A stretch of DNA of 64,000 nt from an uncultured Methanosarcinales archaeon (GCA_963843555.1 CAWJKV010000014.1:19758-83757); one strand, 5' to 3'. Numbered from the stretch's first letter, positions 49,004 to 59,972 are shown. A program made the numbers and translations. The notes: a model not told the origin generated them from the sequence alone.

Positions 49004-49256
49004 ATGGACAATAAAAGAGATCTTCCTTCTGACCAAGACGCCTCAAAATGACCGCACGAAGCTATGCCTTGACCTCATGGAGCTTTCGGAAAATGGCGTT
49101 CTGTATATCGCCGGAGACGGGGTCTACAATTTGCTTGAAGAGACAACTCTCGAAGTCCTACCAAGGGGGAGGATTCTGGACCTAAAAGATCTCTTGAATG
49201 CAAAGCAAAAAGACCTATGTAGGATTAAAGTGTCTGCATCGATGCAATATCATTGA
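49004..49256 (+). pseudogene. DsrH/TusB-like protein, frameshifted near the start and possibly truncated
   Basis: EIFLLTKTP...CL...VLYIAGDGVY; extra A in ATAAAAGAG. Confidence 0.55.
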
Positions 49257-49601
49257 GTCTTCGTGCTGTTAGGATCGGGAAAGAATCGCCTTCTAGTTAT
49301 CACTCAAAGGCTTATTCAGTATGGCGGGAAACATCTGCGATAAGATAAAGAGGCATCACTATATTGGAACAAAGACAGATTTCCTTTTAAAGAACCATAC
49401 CGCTAGAGCCGCATCCATCTCTCCTTGTAGCCTCCGAGCCTCCCTGCGAGCTGCATGAATATGCCTGGCGGCCTTCCGCAGTGACTTGGCATCCTTGAGT
49501 TCACGCGGATGGAAGTAGGCGAGAGGAAATATTTACCGGTATTTTGTTCTACGCAGCACGCTGCTAGGTATTCATTTTAAAATAAGAAAAGTTAAATGTT
49601 T

Positions 49602-50096
49602 TTAGAAACCACGACTTGAAGGCAGGAACTTCCAGTCATCAGTGCCGTTGGTATCTCTTCCATCCGGGTCCCTTGTCCAGGCGCCCTCGTTATCCTCTCC
49701 ATCGCTCAAGGCTGGAGTCCTATCAACCTCTCGGCCGGACGCGTCCATAAGCCTCAGAACCTCGCCGCCGTGAGCCAGCCATTTTGGCGGCACATCCAGA
49801 ACATAGTAATCGATGGCTTTGACCATCGTTCCTTTGGGAAAAGTCATCGATCTTCCAATAGAATTATTTATGCTCCATCCGCCGATATCGACATCTTTGT
49901 TGTCGTTATTGAAGAGCTCAAACCATGCTGTTACCACCGCTTTGAAAGCATCCTCCTTCCCGGCCGGGTTTTGCTCTACCTCATTGATTACAACGCTGGC
50001 GAGCGACGTTCCCAGCAAGAAAACGATAGAGGTCATTATAAGAAGAAACATTTTACCTGATATCATGCAAATTCTCCATTTAGGTGAAATCTCCAT
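49602..50096 (-). CDS. Secreted lamin-tail-domain protein
   Basis: VVINEVEQNPAG, WFELFN...VDIGGWSI, WTRDPDG.DT, SSRG. Confidence 0.8.
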   Translation of the reverse strand: MEISPKWRICMISGKMFLLIMTSIVFLLGTSLASVVINEVEQNPAGKEDAFKAVVTAWFELFNNDNKDVDIGGWSINNSIGRSMTFPKGTMVKAIDYYVLDVPPKWLAHGGEVLRLMDASGREVDRTPALSDGEDNEGAWTRDPDGRDTNGTDDWKFLPSSRGF

Positions 50097-50497
50097 CCGT
50101 GCTAATATCAGTGTCGCCTGATTGGTGCTATTGGTTTTGATTGAATCATCTGAACATGGTCTTCATCTCATAGACTCCCGACTCGTTTCTCTTGCTGGCG
50201 GCAAACCCCATCTTGTTGAAGAGCCGGAAGACGATATGAGCGATGGCGATGAGATCCATGGCCCTCTTCTGCTGCCGTCTCAGATGAAGAAGGAGTTGAG
50301 GCGAAGGTTATCTCTGAACTTTTCATCTGTGCAGGGTGCCACACCAAGGTTAACGAGGACGAATTTCCTTGAAGATGAAGCGCTCTTGATCCCTGAACTT
50401 ACAGGGCCATTTTTTTCGGATTTTGTCCCACGAAGCAACGCATCTAATCGATTCGGAATTTGTGGATTCCTGCATTTAGGCTCCTTCGAATCCCGTC

Positions 50498-52195
50498 TTA
50501 TTGAATCAAAGGCAGGATCTTCAGCCTCCACCTCAAACGATTCCTCCGTTCGTATTTTATGCTGAAGGCCTCCGTGCCCTTCGGACTGCCTATCAGAGCC
50601 AGAATATCGTCTCCCTGCACAATCGTATTGGAGTCAGGCACTGCAATCGCCTGGCCCATTCGCTCCAGAGCGACCACCCGGCAGCCGAAATTATGGGGCA
50701 GATCCAGCTCCGCCAGAGTCTTTCCCGTCAGTCCAGACCTCTTCCCTACTTGGAAGATCTTGAGATCCAGATCCTCATAAAGCAGATCCAGCTCCTCTTC
50801 ATCTCCCTGGATGATTTTGGCCAGCATGTGGCTGGCGACAATGGGCATTGATGCCACATAATCCGCACCAGCCCGGTAGATCTTCTCTGCAGACTTGAGA
50901 CGGTTTGCCCTCACCACCACAAAGGCATGCGGGTTGAGGTTCTTGGCCATTAGTGTGGCATAAATAGCATCGGAGTCCTGATTGAGCATGATCAGGACGC
51001 TCACCGCCTCTTTGATTCCAGCCTGCAACAAAATGGCCTCTCTTGTAGCGTCGCCGGTTATTTGCTTAAAACCTATATCTCCCAGATCGTGATGATCTAC
51101 AATCAAGGGTTTTATTCCGCAGACAGACTGCACTGTGGCTACACGCCTTCCCACGTCCCCGTATCCCAGGATGATCTGAGGTCCCTCCTTGCGAGTGCCT
51201 ATAGTTAGATCTCGAATTTTGGAGAGCTGATCGATATTTCCTACTGCCATCAAGACCGAGTTTGACCGCACCACATCATCGGATCCAGGGCTGGAATGGA
51301 AGACTCCTCGCTGCCAGATGCCGACAATGCCAGCGCCCGTCTCCACAATCACCTTCTCCTCCAGCTTCTCTCCAATCAGCTCCGCTCCTGGATAGATGGG
51401 CAGCTCGATCAGCAGAAGATCTCCAAAGAGCCGGATGGCTCCCGGGAATACGTCCTTCAGTGGGGGCGAGGTGATCTGGGCGATGAAGGTTCCGAGGAGC
51501 GTCTTTGGCGATATGATCCTGGAGGCCCCGGCATACTTCAAGAACCTGGATCTGGTCTGGTCGTCTACCAGAGCGATTATCTCGATATCCGAGATCTCTC
51601 GCAGGGTTAGAATGACTTCGGCATTCATCTCCTCAGTTTCGTTGGCAATAAAGAGGCGGGCAGAGCTGATGTTCGCCCTTTGCAGCACTTCCTCCTCGGA
51701 AGGATCCCCCGAGAGAACAGGATAATTTCGATAAATAGTTCTGGCAGTATTCTCAGAGCGTTCGATGATCAGGAAAGGTATCTGCAACAGAGAAAATCGC
51801 TCTGCCAGAGTCTCCACTACAGGATTGAAGCCGGAAATTATTATGTGACCGGATATGTTCTTCGGAGTGGAGCTGGGGTCAGATCTGACAAGATGCTCCA
51901 GCCGGGGTGTGATTATTAGAGGCATGATCACTGCCCAGAGTATGGCGATACCGGAGAGGGCCACTAAAATGCTGAAGATGCGACCCAATTGGCTGCGGAA
52001 GACTATATCTCCGTAGCCCAGTGTTGTTATGGTGGCGGCAACCCAATAAAAGGCTGTGATAAGGTTTGCATTCTGGTACTGGCCCTCCTGATTCATCAAA
52101 GCCATGAAGACCAGGCTGTAAAATACAACTAAAATCAGTATTCCAGAAATGAGCTTGAAGGCCTTTTGCAATCCTGTTCCCCACATACCATCCAC
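50498..52195 (-). CDS. Potassium channel with two TrkA-N/TrkA-C (RCK) pairs
   Basis: TITTLGYGD filter; GYGDVG; RAGADYV. Confidence 0.9.
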   Translation of the reverse strand: MDGMWGTGLQKAFKLISGILILVVFYSLVFMALMNQEGQYQNANLITAFYWVAATITTLGYGDIVFRSQLGRIFSILVALSGIAILWAVIMPLIITPRLEHLVRSDPSSTPKNISGHIIISGFNPVVETLAERFSLLQIPFLIIERSENTARTIYRNYPVLSGDPSEEEVLQRANISSARLFIANETEEMNAEVILTLREISDIEIIALVDDQTRSRFLKYAGASRIISPKTLLGTFIAQITSPPLKDVFPGAIRLFGDLLLIELPIYPGAELIGEKLEEKVIVETGAGIVGIWQRGVFHSSPGSDDVVRSNSVLMAVGNIDQLSKIRDLTIGTRKEGPQIILGYGDVGRRVATVQSVCGIKPLIVDHHDLGDIGFKQITGDATREAILLQAGIKEAVSVLIMLNQDSDAIYATLMAKNLNPHAFVVVRANRLKSAEKIYRAGADYVASMPIVASHMLAKIIQGDEEELDLLYEDLDLKIFQVGKRSGLTGKTLAELDLPHNFGCRVVALERMGQAIAVPDSNTIVQGDDILALIGSPKGTEAFSIKYERRNRLRWRLKILPLIQ

Positions 52196-52272
52196 CTCCT
52201 TTAATTAAAAAGGTTCCGAGGGCGATGAATTGAAAGCGAGAAATCCTAAGCAACGAATTCAAAGCTTTGAAT

Positions 52273-53073
52273 TCAAAGCGATAAATCGAATTTGCGAATT
52301 GTCTTCAGAAACTCTCCGATTCTTCCTTCCATGCGGCTCATCAGAGAATCGCTTGGGCAGGCCAAGGCAACGGCGCAGCCTTTCGCGCCGTCGTAGTCCA
52401 GCCCAATCTGGGTGAACCGGATCGAGAATTCATGGAAAGATTCAATGAGACGACTCTCCGGAAGAAACTCTCTACCAAACGTATCGATCGTATCCACCAT
52501 ATGCCAGCAGAGAACTGTCCATCCCAATTCATGAGCATTATCAAACAGCTTTTCTGATGCATTTACGTCTTTGGGATCAAGAAAAGGTGGATCTATAAGC
52601 AGAAGTCCGGGTGCCCTTTGGTTCAGCAGAGATGTAACTCCTGAAAAACCGTCGCCCAATTGGATGGAAGAGAAGGGGATTTCAATCTGATCGGGATTTT
52701 TGCGCCAGGTCGCAATGACTTCGGCATCGATGTCCCAGGCCTCGAACTCCAGCTTGGCCCCCTTCCGCCTGGCCAGTTCCCATACCAACCGGGCCGATCC
52801 AGGATAACACATCAGGCCGTGAGGATTCAAATCTGCCAAGATTTTAGAATAGGAAAAATTTCTGAGGGACGGCAGAACAGGCCAGATTTTGCCTATTCCG
52901 CCCTCCCAATCACCGGGCACCTTCAGGGAATACTCCGGGCGTCCTACGTGGCTTTCCGCATAAACCAGGCTGCTATCGGGGGTGAGGAGGCAATCTGCCG
53001 CCTCGAGCAGGAGGAAATGCTTCCAGACATCGCCTGCATTGCCTGCATGCACTCTGTGATCGTAATGGCGCAT
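52273..53073 (-). CDS. RlmJ-like N6-adenine methyltransferase
   Basis: YDHRVHAGNAGDVWKH, YAESHVG, YPGS, LLLIDPPF. Confidence 0.8.
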   Translation of the reverse strand: MRHYDHRVHAGNAGDVWKHFLLLEAADCLLTPDSSLVYAESHVGRPEYSLKVPGDWEGGIGKIWPVLPSLRNFSYSKILADLNPHGLMCYPGSARLVWELARRKGAKLEFEAWDIDAEVIATWRKNPDQIEIPFSSIQLGDGFSGVTSLLNQRAPGLLLIDPPFLDPKDVNASEKLFDNAHELGWTVLCWHMVDTIDTFGREFLPESRLIESFHEFSIRFTQIGLDYDGAKGCAVALACPSDSLMSRMEGRIGEFLKTIRKFDLSL

Positions 53074-53086
53074 CTAGCCAAGGGTT

Positions 53087-53557
53087 TTAGTCGTTCTGGT
53101 ACATCTTCTTGGCGATATTGAAGGCCTGGGCCGGAGTCGCTATGGCTATCCTCTGGGAGTCATCGAAGCTAGCCTTGGAGGCAGCGGCCGTTGCGGCAGC
53201 AGTTCGGAGCAGCTTTTTATCCACCTCATTGGTCAGCCAGCGGGCTCCGCCTATGCCAACCAGAAGGGCGCCGGCAATGGAAGAGATGGTGACTGTGACC
53301 TCTTCCGTTCCTACTCCGGTAGCAGTCCCAAAAAGGACCGTATTGGCGAAGGCTCCGTAGAGTCCCCAGGAGATAAAGGCAGCAACAGCTCCCAGGAGAA
53401 TGTTGCCTGCAAAACCAGGGCGGATGATGGTGACCTCGCCCGCAGTCTCCTCACTGGGCTTGATGAAGCCATTATCGCTCACAAGTGCATTTATGATTCC
53501 GCCTATGGCACCGCTCAACATGATTACTCCTATCGGTATTAACATCGGCATCGGCAT
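53087..53557 (-). CDS. Gly-rich membrane protein (DUF4257-like)
   Basis: GAIGGIIN..DNG...P...PGF.GNILLGAVAA; 3 TM segments. Confidence 0.6.
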   Translation of the reverse strand: MPMPMLIPIGVIMLSGAIGGIINALVSDNGFIKPSEETAGEVTIIRPGFAGNILLGAVAAFISWGLYGAFANTVLFGTATGVGTEEVTVTISSIAGALLVGIGGARWLTNEVDKKLLRTAAATAAASKASFDDSQRIAIATPAQAFNIAKKMYQND

Positions 53558-53765
53558 TTATGTCCTCCCTCATATTTTATCAGATTCGGGAAAGCTGCAT
53601 CCATCCCCTCGAATGGCTGAAGAGACCCGGACCCTCACTATTTCTCACTAATTTTTTTAAGACTGATTTATCGCCATACTATTTGAACTTTATTGTTCTG
53701 ATTGCAGAAAGGAGTCCTGAAAGGATCATATCCCCTTTTATTCTTTGGCAGGATTATGATTATCC

Positions 53766-54569
53766 ATGGTCGAAGATCTTAAGAGAGCTATCCGGAAAAG
53801 ATGCAAGAAGATGGAGATACCGCTTGTAGGAGTGGCCAGTGTGGAACAGTGGAAGGACCCCCCGTTTCTCCCCTGGATGCCAGAGGAGTTCTTTCCGCAG
53901 TCGATATATCCTGAAGCACGGTCGGTGATAGTCATAGGCCTGCCGGTCAGCCTGCCGGTGCTGGAGACCTCGCCCTCCATTTTCTACCGGGAGCTGTACA
54001 ATACTGTGAACGGCTTGCTGGACCAGTACACCTACCGTCTGGCCAATTTTCTCAATGATTCAGGCCACCCATCCGTCTTCGTCCCTAGAGACGGATATTT
54101 CGGCATCAAGGCGTTGCTGAAAAATCCGGTGGCATTCTTCTCACACCGCCATGCTGCCTATCTGGCAGGCCTGGGCACCTTCGGTGTGAATAACATGCTG
54201 CTCACATCAGAGTTCGGACCGCGGGTGCGCTTTGGCTCCGTTTTCACGTCAGCCGAGCTGGAGCCGGATCTACTCCAGGAAGGCCAGCTCTGCACCAGAT
54301 GCATGCGCTGCGTGAAGATGTGCCCGGCAAACGCGCTGAATGAGAAGGACTATCCTCGAGGATTGACCGACAAGAAGACCTGCGCTGAGCACAGCAATGA
54401 GCTGAACCGGCAGGGCATCTCTCCCTGCGGAATCTGCATCAAGGTCTGTCCGGTGGGCGAAGACCGCAGGCTTTACAATCGGATGGATGCTTCGATCTAC
54501 TCCAAGAGAGACCGATTCCTGGATAAGCATAGGGCATGGGAACATGTCAGGTCCTATGGCGGGATTTGA
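53766..54569 (+). CDS. QueG/reductive-dehalogenase-superfamily 2[4Fe-4S] protein
   Basis: PEARSVIVIG, SHRHAAYLAGLG..G.N, FGPRVRF, CTRCMRCVKMCP, CGICIKVCP. Confidence 0.82.
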   Translation: MVEDLKRAIRKRCKKMEIPLVGVASVEQWKDPPFLPWMPEEFFPQSIYPEARSVIVIGLPVSLPVLETSPSIFYRELYNTVNGLLDQYTYRLANFLNDSGHPSVFVPRDGYFGIKALLKNPVAFFSHRHAAYLAGLGTFGVNNMLLTSEFGPRVRFGSVFTSAELEPDLLQEGQLCTRCMRCVKMCPANALNEKDYPRGLTDKKTCAEHSNELNRQGISPCGICIKVCPVGEDRRLYNRMDASIYSKRDRFLDKHRAWEHVRSYGGI

Positions 54570-54839
54570 ATGGCCCTGGAAGTGCAAGATCTATTCTGTA
54601 TAAATTGCTTTTCTCTGTGGTGCCATGTCTCTCCGAGCTTCCCTCGGGCTCCAGCGGCTTCGCCCTCGCGGCAGCGGAAGCTCATGCCCAACGCGCGTCT
54701 GGCAACCAGGCACTCTTCTTCGGCCCGAATCCTGAGGCGAATGATTTGCTCCAAAATATCATAATTAATCAACATTCTTCTCAAGCGAAAGATATGGCGA
54801 CAGATAAGACCAAATACAAGGAGCGAAGATGAATACTCA

Positions 54840-55598
54840 ATGAAAAGGCTAACAGCCTACATCTCGGGCAATATACAGAAAGTGGGCTATCGCAAGAGAA
54901 TTATCGATATTGCCAGAGCCTTCGGCCTCAAAGGAATGATTGAGAATCTTGATGACGGTAGAGTTAAGATTATCGCTGAAGGAGATGATGAAAAGCTCGA
55001 ATGGTTTGAACATGCCATCGAAATCAAGAACACTCTCATTCAGGTATCTCAGGTAGAGAAAACATATAGCTCATCAGGTGGCGACTTTGCCAAATTTGGC
55101 AAATTAGTGGACGAAGGGGAGACGGACTCTCGACTTGATAAGGGCATTGGGGTCATGAATGAGATGCTTGTTGCCATTAAGCAAGTAAATACGACCCTGG
55201 TTGATATGAACTTAAATCTGGGTGGAAAAATGGATGATCTCAGCTGCAAAATGGACGAAGTAAATGAGAATCTGGGCGGCAAGATAGATCGATTGGATGG
55301 AAATCTGGGCGGCAAGATAGATAGCCTGGGCGGCAAGATGGACAAAGTAAATGAAAACCTAGGCAGCAAGATAGACCGATTGGATGGAAATCTGGGCGGC
55401 AAGTTGAATCGCATGCTTCAAAACCAGGATGATTTTCTCTTGGAAGTCAAAGAAATCGGCCTAAATGGGGATGAGCTTCTTGTCGAAGTTAGGGATATTA
55501 ACAAGAAGATCGATAAGGTCCGAGACAATGAAATCATTGAAATGAAAAACGATATTGCAGAAGTTAAAGCCGCATTGAGGGCCAAAGGAATTATCTAA
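54840..55598 (+). CDS. Acylphosphatase domain + repetitive coiled coil
   Basis: ISGNIQKVGYR, G.IENLDDGRVKI.AEG; LGGK(M/I)D repeats. Confidence 0.85.
   Translation: MKRLTAYISGNIQKVGYRKRIIDIARAFGLKGMIENLDDGRVKIIAEGDDEKLEWFEHAIEIKNTLIQVSQVEKTYSSSGGDFAKFGKLVDEGETDSRLDKGIGVMNEMLVAIKQVNTTLVDMNLNLGGKMDDLSCKMDEVNENLGGKIDRLDGNLGGKIDSLGGKMDKVNENLGSKIDRLDGNLGGKLNRMLQNQDDFLLEVKEIGLNGDELLVEVRDINKKIDKVRDNEIIEMKNDIAEVKAALRAKGII
55215..55405 (+). repeat. Intragenic tandem repeats (AATCTGGGCGGCAAGATAGAT-like; 18+11 aa unit twice)
   Basis: NLGGKMDDLSCKMDEVNE/NLGGKIDRLDG/NLGGKIDSLGGKMDKVNE/NLGSKIDRLDG/NLGGK. Confidence 0.8.
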
Positions 55599-55747
55599 GG
55601 TCTGTACCTGGACTCGCATGCATATGAAACTGCAAGCCTTATACCCACAAATTCTACAATCCCGATTCTCAAATCCAGGTCTTATAAACAAACCTGATCT
55701 TGTAAATGAACTTTATCATGCGATCTTAATCATATATCGGAAGTCGT

Positions 55748-58615
55748 TCACACCGCTCTCTTTCGCCCAGTCGTCAATTTTCTGGAACAGGAAGGGGCCT
55801 TTGAAAGCCTTCCTTTCAAGAAACTCCCCGTATGGCTCTCTTTCACTTCAGCCACCTCCTCAGGTGTGCCTGTGGCTACAATCTGCCCGCCCGCATTCCC
55901 GCCCTCGGGTCCCATGTCGATAATGTAGTCGGCCGACTTGATCACATCCAGATTGTGCTCGATTACAACAACAGTGTTGCCCCTGGCTACCAGGTCGTCC
56001 AGCACTGATATGAGCCTCTTCACATCCTCGAAGTGCAGCCCCGTGGTCGGCTCGTCCAGCAGGTAGATGGTCCTGCCCGTCGCCTTCTTGGCCAGCTCCC
56101 GGGTGAGCTTGATCCTCTGGGCCTCTCCTCCGGAAAGGGTCGTCGAGCTCTGGCCCAGCTTGATGTACCCAAGGCCGACACCCAGCAGAGTGTCGAGCTT
56201 GTTTCGAATGCACGGGATGTTCTGGAAATGTTCCCGCCCCTCCTCGACAGTCATATCCAGGACCTGGGCAATGGACTTTCCTTTATATTTGACCTCCAGG
56301 GTCTCCCGGTTGTAGCGGGTTCCTTTGCACTCCTCGCATTCGATGTAAACGTCCGGCAAGAAGTTCATCTCGATCTTGATCAGCCCATCCCCATGGCAAG
56401 CCTCGCACCGTCCGCCCTGCACATTGAAGGAGAAGCGACCGCCCTTATAGCCTCTCACTCTGGCCTCCTTGGTCTCGGCAAAGGCTTGCCGGATGGGGTC
56501 GAAGACCTTGGTGTAGGTCGCCGGATTGGATCGAGGCGTCCTTCCGATAGGGCTCTGATCTATGACTATGACTTTGTCGATCTCAGAGTCGAACAAGAGC
56601 TCGTCGTACTCCCCTGGAGCCTCGCTAGACCTGTAGATCTTCTTCATCAGAGCCCGGTAGAGAGTATCGTAGATCAGTGTGGACTTGCCCGATCCCGAGA
56701 CTCCGGTGATGGCCGTCAGGACGCCGATGGGAATAGCCGCATCTATATTCTTCAAATTATTCTCCCGGCATCCTATGAGGCGGACGAAGGAGCGGCTTTT
56801 TCTTCGGCTGGCCGGAACCTCGATCCTCTTCTGGCCGGATAGGTACTGGCCTGTCAGTGACGCCGGGTTCTTCTCGATATCCTCAGGAGTCCCCTCAGCC
56901 ACTACATAGCCACCATGGATTCCTGCCCCCGGTCCAATGTCCAGCACATGATCTGCGTTGCGAATGGTCTCCTCGTCATGCTCTACTACTATGAGGGTAT
57001 TTCCGAGCTCACGAAGCTTCTTCAGAGTCTCGATCAGACGGGCGTTGTCGCGCTGGTGAAGGCCGATGGAGGGCTCATCCAGGACGTAGAGAACGCCGGT
57101 GAGGTTTGAGCCGATCTGAGTGGCCAGGCGAATGCGCTGCGCTTCTCCTCCGGAGAGGGTTCCCGCGTTTCGGGATAGAGTGAGGTAGCCCAGACCCACG
57201 TGCTCCAAAAATCCGAGACGGGAGCGGATCTCCTTCATTATCTGGCGAGCTATCTCCAGCTCTTTTAGAGAGAGCCTGCCCTGCAATGTTTCGAAGAAAG
57301 CGATGCAATCACCGATGGAAAGGTCGGTTACATCAACAATGGACTTTCCGGCTACGCTCACGGCGAGCACCTTCTCCTTCAACCTCCGGCCGTTGCAGGC
57401 CGGGCAGGGCAAGACCCGCATGAACTTCTCCAGCTCTTCACGCCGGTATTCGGAGTTCGTCTGGCCGTAGAGCCGCAGGCTTTGCGGTATCAGGCCCTCC
57501 CACTGAGAATTGTGCGACCAGTAGGCGTCTCCATTCTTCATGCTCATGTTGAATCGAATGCGTTCATCCGATCCGTACATCAGGGCGTTATTCTGCTCTT
57601 CTGTCAGGTTTTTCAATGGCGTGAAGATATCGAAGCCGAAGTGCTTGGCGACTGCCGTGAGGTGCTGACCCCGCCAGCCGTCGATGGCATTGCGATAGAG
57701 GGCCACAGCCCCATCAGCGATACATAGCTCCCTATCGGGTATGATCAGATCCGGATCAAACTCCATGCGAATGCCCAGACCGTTGCAGGACTCGCAGGCT
57801 CCAAAGGGGCTGTTGAAGGAGAACATGCGGGGCTGCAGCTCTTCGAAGGCCATACCGCAGACCGGGCAGGCCATCTTTGCCGAGTAGAGGCGCTCGTTCC
57901 CTTTTGCATCCAGGACTATGACCAGACCTTCGGCCTTCTTGAGAGCATTCTCAATGGACTCCACCAGACGCGATCTATCCTCGGACGGATCCAAACGATC
58001 CATGACAACTTCTATATCATGCTTCTTGTAGCGGTCGAGCTCGATCTCCTCGTCGGTCCTCTGGATAACGCCGTTCACCCGCACCCTGGCGAAACCCTCT
58101 CCATTCAGGTCTATTAGGAGCTGGCCGTAGGTTCCCTTCTTCTGCCGGACCACGGGAGCGAGAATTGTGACCTGACCTCCGCTGCCGGTCTCGCTGAGGA
58201 CACTATCGGCGATCCTATCCGGCGACTGGGATTCGATGCGAATGCCGTGCACGGGGCAATGGGGAATGCCGATGCGGGCAAAGAGCAGCCGCAAGTAGTC
58301 ATAGATCTCAGTAACGGTTCCCACAGTGCTGCGAGGGTTCTTGGAGGTCGTCTTCTGTTCGATGGAGATGGCCGGGGAAAGCCCTTCAATGCTATCGACA
58401 TCCGGCTTGTCCATCTGCCCCAGGAACTGGCGAGCGTAAGCCGATAGAGATTCGACGTAGCGGCGCTGGCCCTCGGCGTAGATGGTGTCGAATGCCAATG
58501 TGGATTTGCCCGAGCCTGATACGCCGGTGATGACGATGAAACGGTCTCGGGGAAGCTCGACGGTGATATCCTTCAGGTTGTGCTCGCGGGCACCTTTGAT
58601 TAATATCGATTTCAT
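55748..58615 (-). CDS. uvrA: Excinuclease ABC subunit A
   Basis: GAREHNLK, two [17 protein letters not shown] x2, Zn fingers. Confidence 0.97.
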   Translation of the reverse strand: MKSILIKGAREHNLKDITVELPRDRFIVITGVSGSGKSTLAFDTIYAEGQRRYVESLSAYARQFLGQMDKPDVDSIEGLSPAISIEQKTTSKNPRSTVGTVTEIYDYLRLLFARIGIPHCPVHGIRIESQSPDRIADSVLSETGSGGQVTILAPVVRQKKGTYGQLLIDLNGEGFARVRVNGVIQRTDEEIELDRYKKHDIEVVMDRLDPSEDRSRLVESIENALKKAEGLVIVLDAKGNERLYSAKMACPVCGMAFEELQPRMFSFNSPFGACESCNGLGIRMEFDPDLIIPDRELCIADGAVALYRNAIDGWRGQHLTAVAKHFGFDIFTPLKNLTEEQNNALMYGSDERIRFNMSMKNGDAYWSHNSQWEGLIPQSLRLYGQTNSEYRREELEKFMRVLPCPACNGRRLKEKVLAVSVAGKSIVDVTDLSIGDCIAFFETLQGRLSLKELEIARQIMKEIRSRLGFLEHVGLGYLTLSRNAGTLSGGEAQRIRLATQIGSNLTGVLYVLDEPSIGLHQRDNARLIETLKKLRELGNTLIVVEHDEETIRNADHVLDIGPGAGIHGGYVVAEGTPEDIEKNPASLTGQYLSGQKRIEVPASRRKSRSFVRLIGCRENNLKNIDAAIPIGVLTAITGVSGSGKSTLIYDTLYRALMKKIYRSSEAPGEYDELLFDSEIDKVIVIDQSPIGRTPRSNPATYTKVFDPIRQAFAETKEARVRGYKGGRFSFNVQGGRCEACHGDGLIKIEMNFLPDVYIECEECKGTRYNRETLEVKYKGKSIAQVLDMTVEEGREHFQNIPCIRNKLDTLLGVGLGYIKLGQSSTTLSGGEAQRIKLTRELAKKATGRTIYLLDEPTTGLHFEDVKRLISVLDDLVARGNTVVVIEHNLDVIKSADYIIDMGPEGGNAGGQIVATGTPEEVAEVKESHTGSFLKGRLSKAPSCSRKLTTGRKRAV

Positions 58616-58747
58616 TTTAGCTTCTCACTGGATTCTGCGAATTGAAGAGCTAATGAGGACTTATGGGACTAATCCTTTTCGGCCATCCATAAATCGGCAT
58701 TTAACCGTGAACGTGAACTCAATCAATTGAAAAATATGCGAATCAAG

Positions 58748-59740
58748 TCAAATATCTCGATGGGATGCAATATCGCAACCCGTGCACGGCAGGCACATGG
58801 TCTCTGCCAGATCTGCCCTCAGGTCGTAATCTTTCAGCACTTTTCTGGTTATCCTGGCAAGCTTGAGAAGCCTATCGGCTGACGGCCTCTTGACTTCAGC
58901 TTCCCCCTTTCTTAATGGATGAGGCGATATTGGCCTCAAATTAGGTATGACGCCCATCTTTGCCAGTTTGGTTACTCCCGCCTCAACGCAATCGTCACTC
59001 TCGCCCAGGCCCAGGATGATGTTAGAGGAGACTCTGTTTTTCCCGAATATCTCCACGGCCTTCTTCAGGGACTTGAGTAGATATTCTAGAGATAAACCAG
59101 GGCAAATCCTGGCGAAGATCTCCGAATCCATGGTCTCCACGTTATATTTAATCTCCGTTGCACCGGCTTGCTTCAGCTCCTCTGAGGATGTATCAGTAGG
59201 ATAAACCGAAACGCCAATTGGCAAGTCATATCGCGCCCTCAGGATCTTCACAATCGACACCGCTTTCCTGACCTCGTCTTCAGGCGACCTCTCCACTCCG
59301 CTGGTGAGAGAAATAGCTTTCAGCTGCCCTGTACGTTTGGCCTCCTCTACGAGTTGCAGGATTTCATCCGGGACCTTTACCTCTCCGTTGAGTTTAGGAA
59401 CCGGGCAGAACTTGCAGTCATAAATGCAGCATCCGCTTATGGTCAGGTAGGCCTGCTCAGGGCAGTGGCTGAGAGCCGGCTCCAGCTTGCCGGTGACAAT
59501 GGGTCTTCCATCTTTAATCACCACAACATCCGTGTAGCATCTGATCACCTTGAAGGGAGAGTCCTTGTTGATGGAAAGCCTCACCCTGTGGCCGCCTGAT
59601 TTGAGGAAGAAAGACTCCAGACCGGCTCCGGGTCCCGCGCTGGGTGTGGTTGTCCTGATAGCCTCCCGCAGCAAATCCTCGTCTATATCAGCGCTGCCGA
59701 TGCTTACCAGCATTGCTTTAATCTCGGCATTCATCTCCAT
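58748..59740 (-). CDS. Radical SAM protein (biotin-synthase-related archaeal family)
   Basis: CIYDCKFC; TSGV; NIILGLGE; C-terminal CLPCTGCD. Confidence 0.85.
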   Translation of the reverse strand: MEMNAEIKAMLVSIGSADIDEDLLREAIRTTTPSAGPGAGLESFFLKSGGHRVRLSINKDSPFKVIRCYTDVVVIKDGRPIVTGKLEPALSHCPEQAYLTISGCCIYDCKFCPVPKLNGEVKVPDEILQLVEEAKRTGQLKAISLTSGVERSPEDEVRKAVSIVKILRARYDLPIGVSVYPTDTSSEELKQAGATEIKYNVETMDSEIFARICPGLSLEYLLKSLKKAVEIFGKNRVSSNIILGLGESDDCVEAGVTKLAKMGVIPNLRPISPHPLRKGEAEVKRPSADRLLKLARITRKVLKDYDLRADLAETMCLPCTGCDIASHRDI

Positions 59741-59972
59741 GTTTGGGCCTCAAAATCAGTTTCCTGGATGGAATACAATTGATTCACAATTGTGAATGGA
59801 TCATTTGAAGTGGATTGATATTTAAATAACGGCAATGCGGCAAAAACAAAAAGAGTTCAGTGACGGCTCTGCACCCCAACCTCTGCAGGACTGCAGCTCA
59901 GCCAAAAGCAGCGAAAATTGCCGCTACCCGTAAGTATTAAAGCATCCTATTCTTCAGTTGAGAGATAGAGGT

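Noticed and set aside
49260-50565. ORFs 50122..50565 and 50280..50531 and a coding-like patch at 49400-49530
   Set aside because: No recognisable family; overlapping or antisense; at best unidentified gene relics
55748-58615. uvrA without adjacent uvrB/uvrC
   Set aside because: Dispersed uvr genes are common; not informative within one window
58748-58800. CLPC in the radical SAM C-terminus as a link to the CLPC rhodaneses
   Set aside because: It is part of a CxxCxxC auxiliary motif in an unrelated fold; likely coincidence
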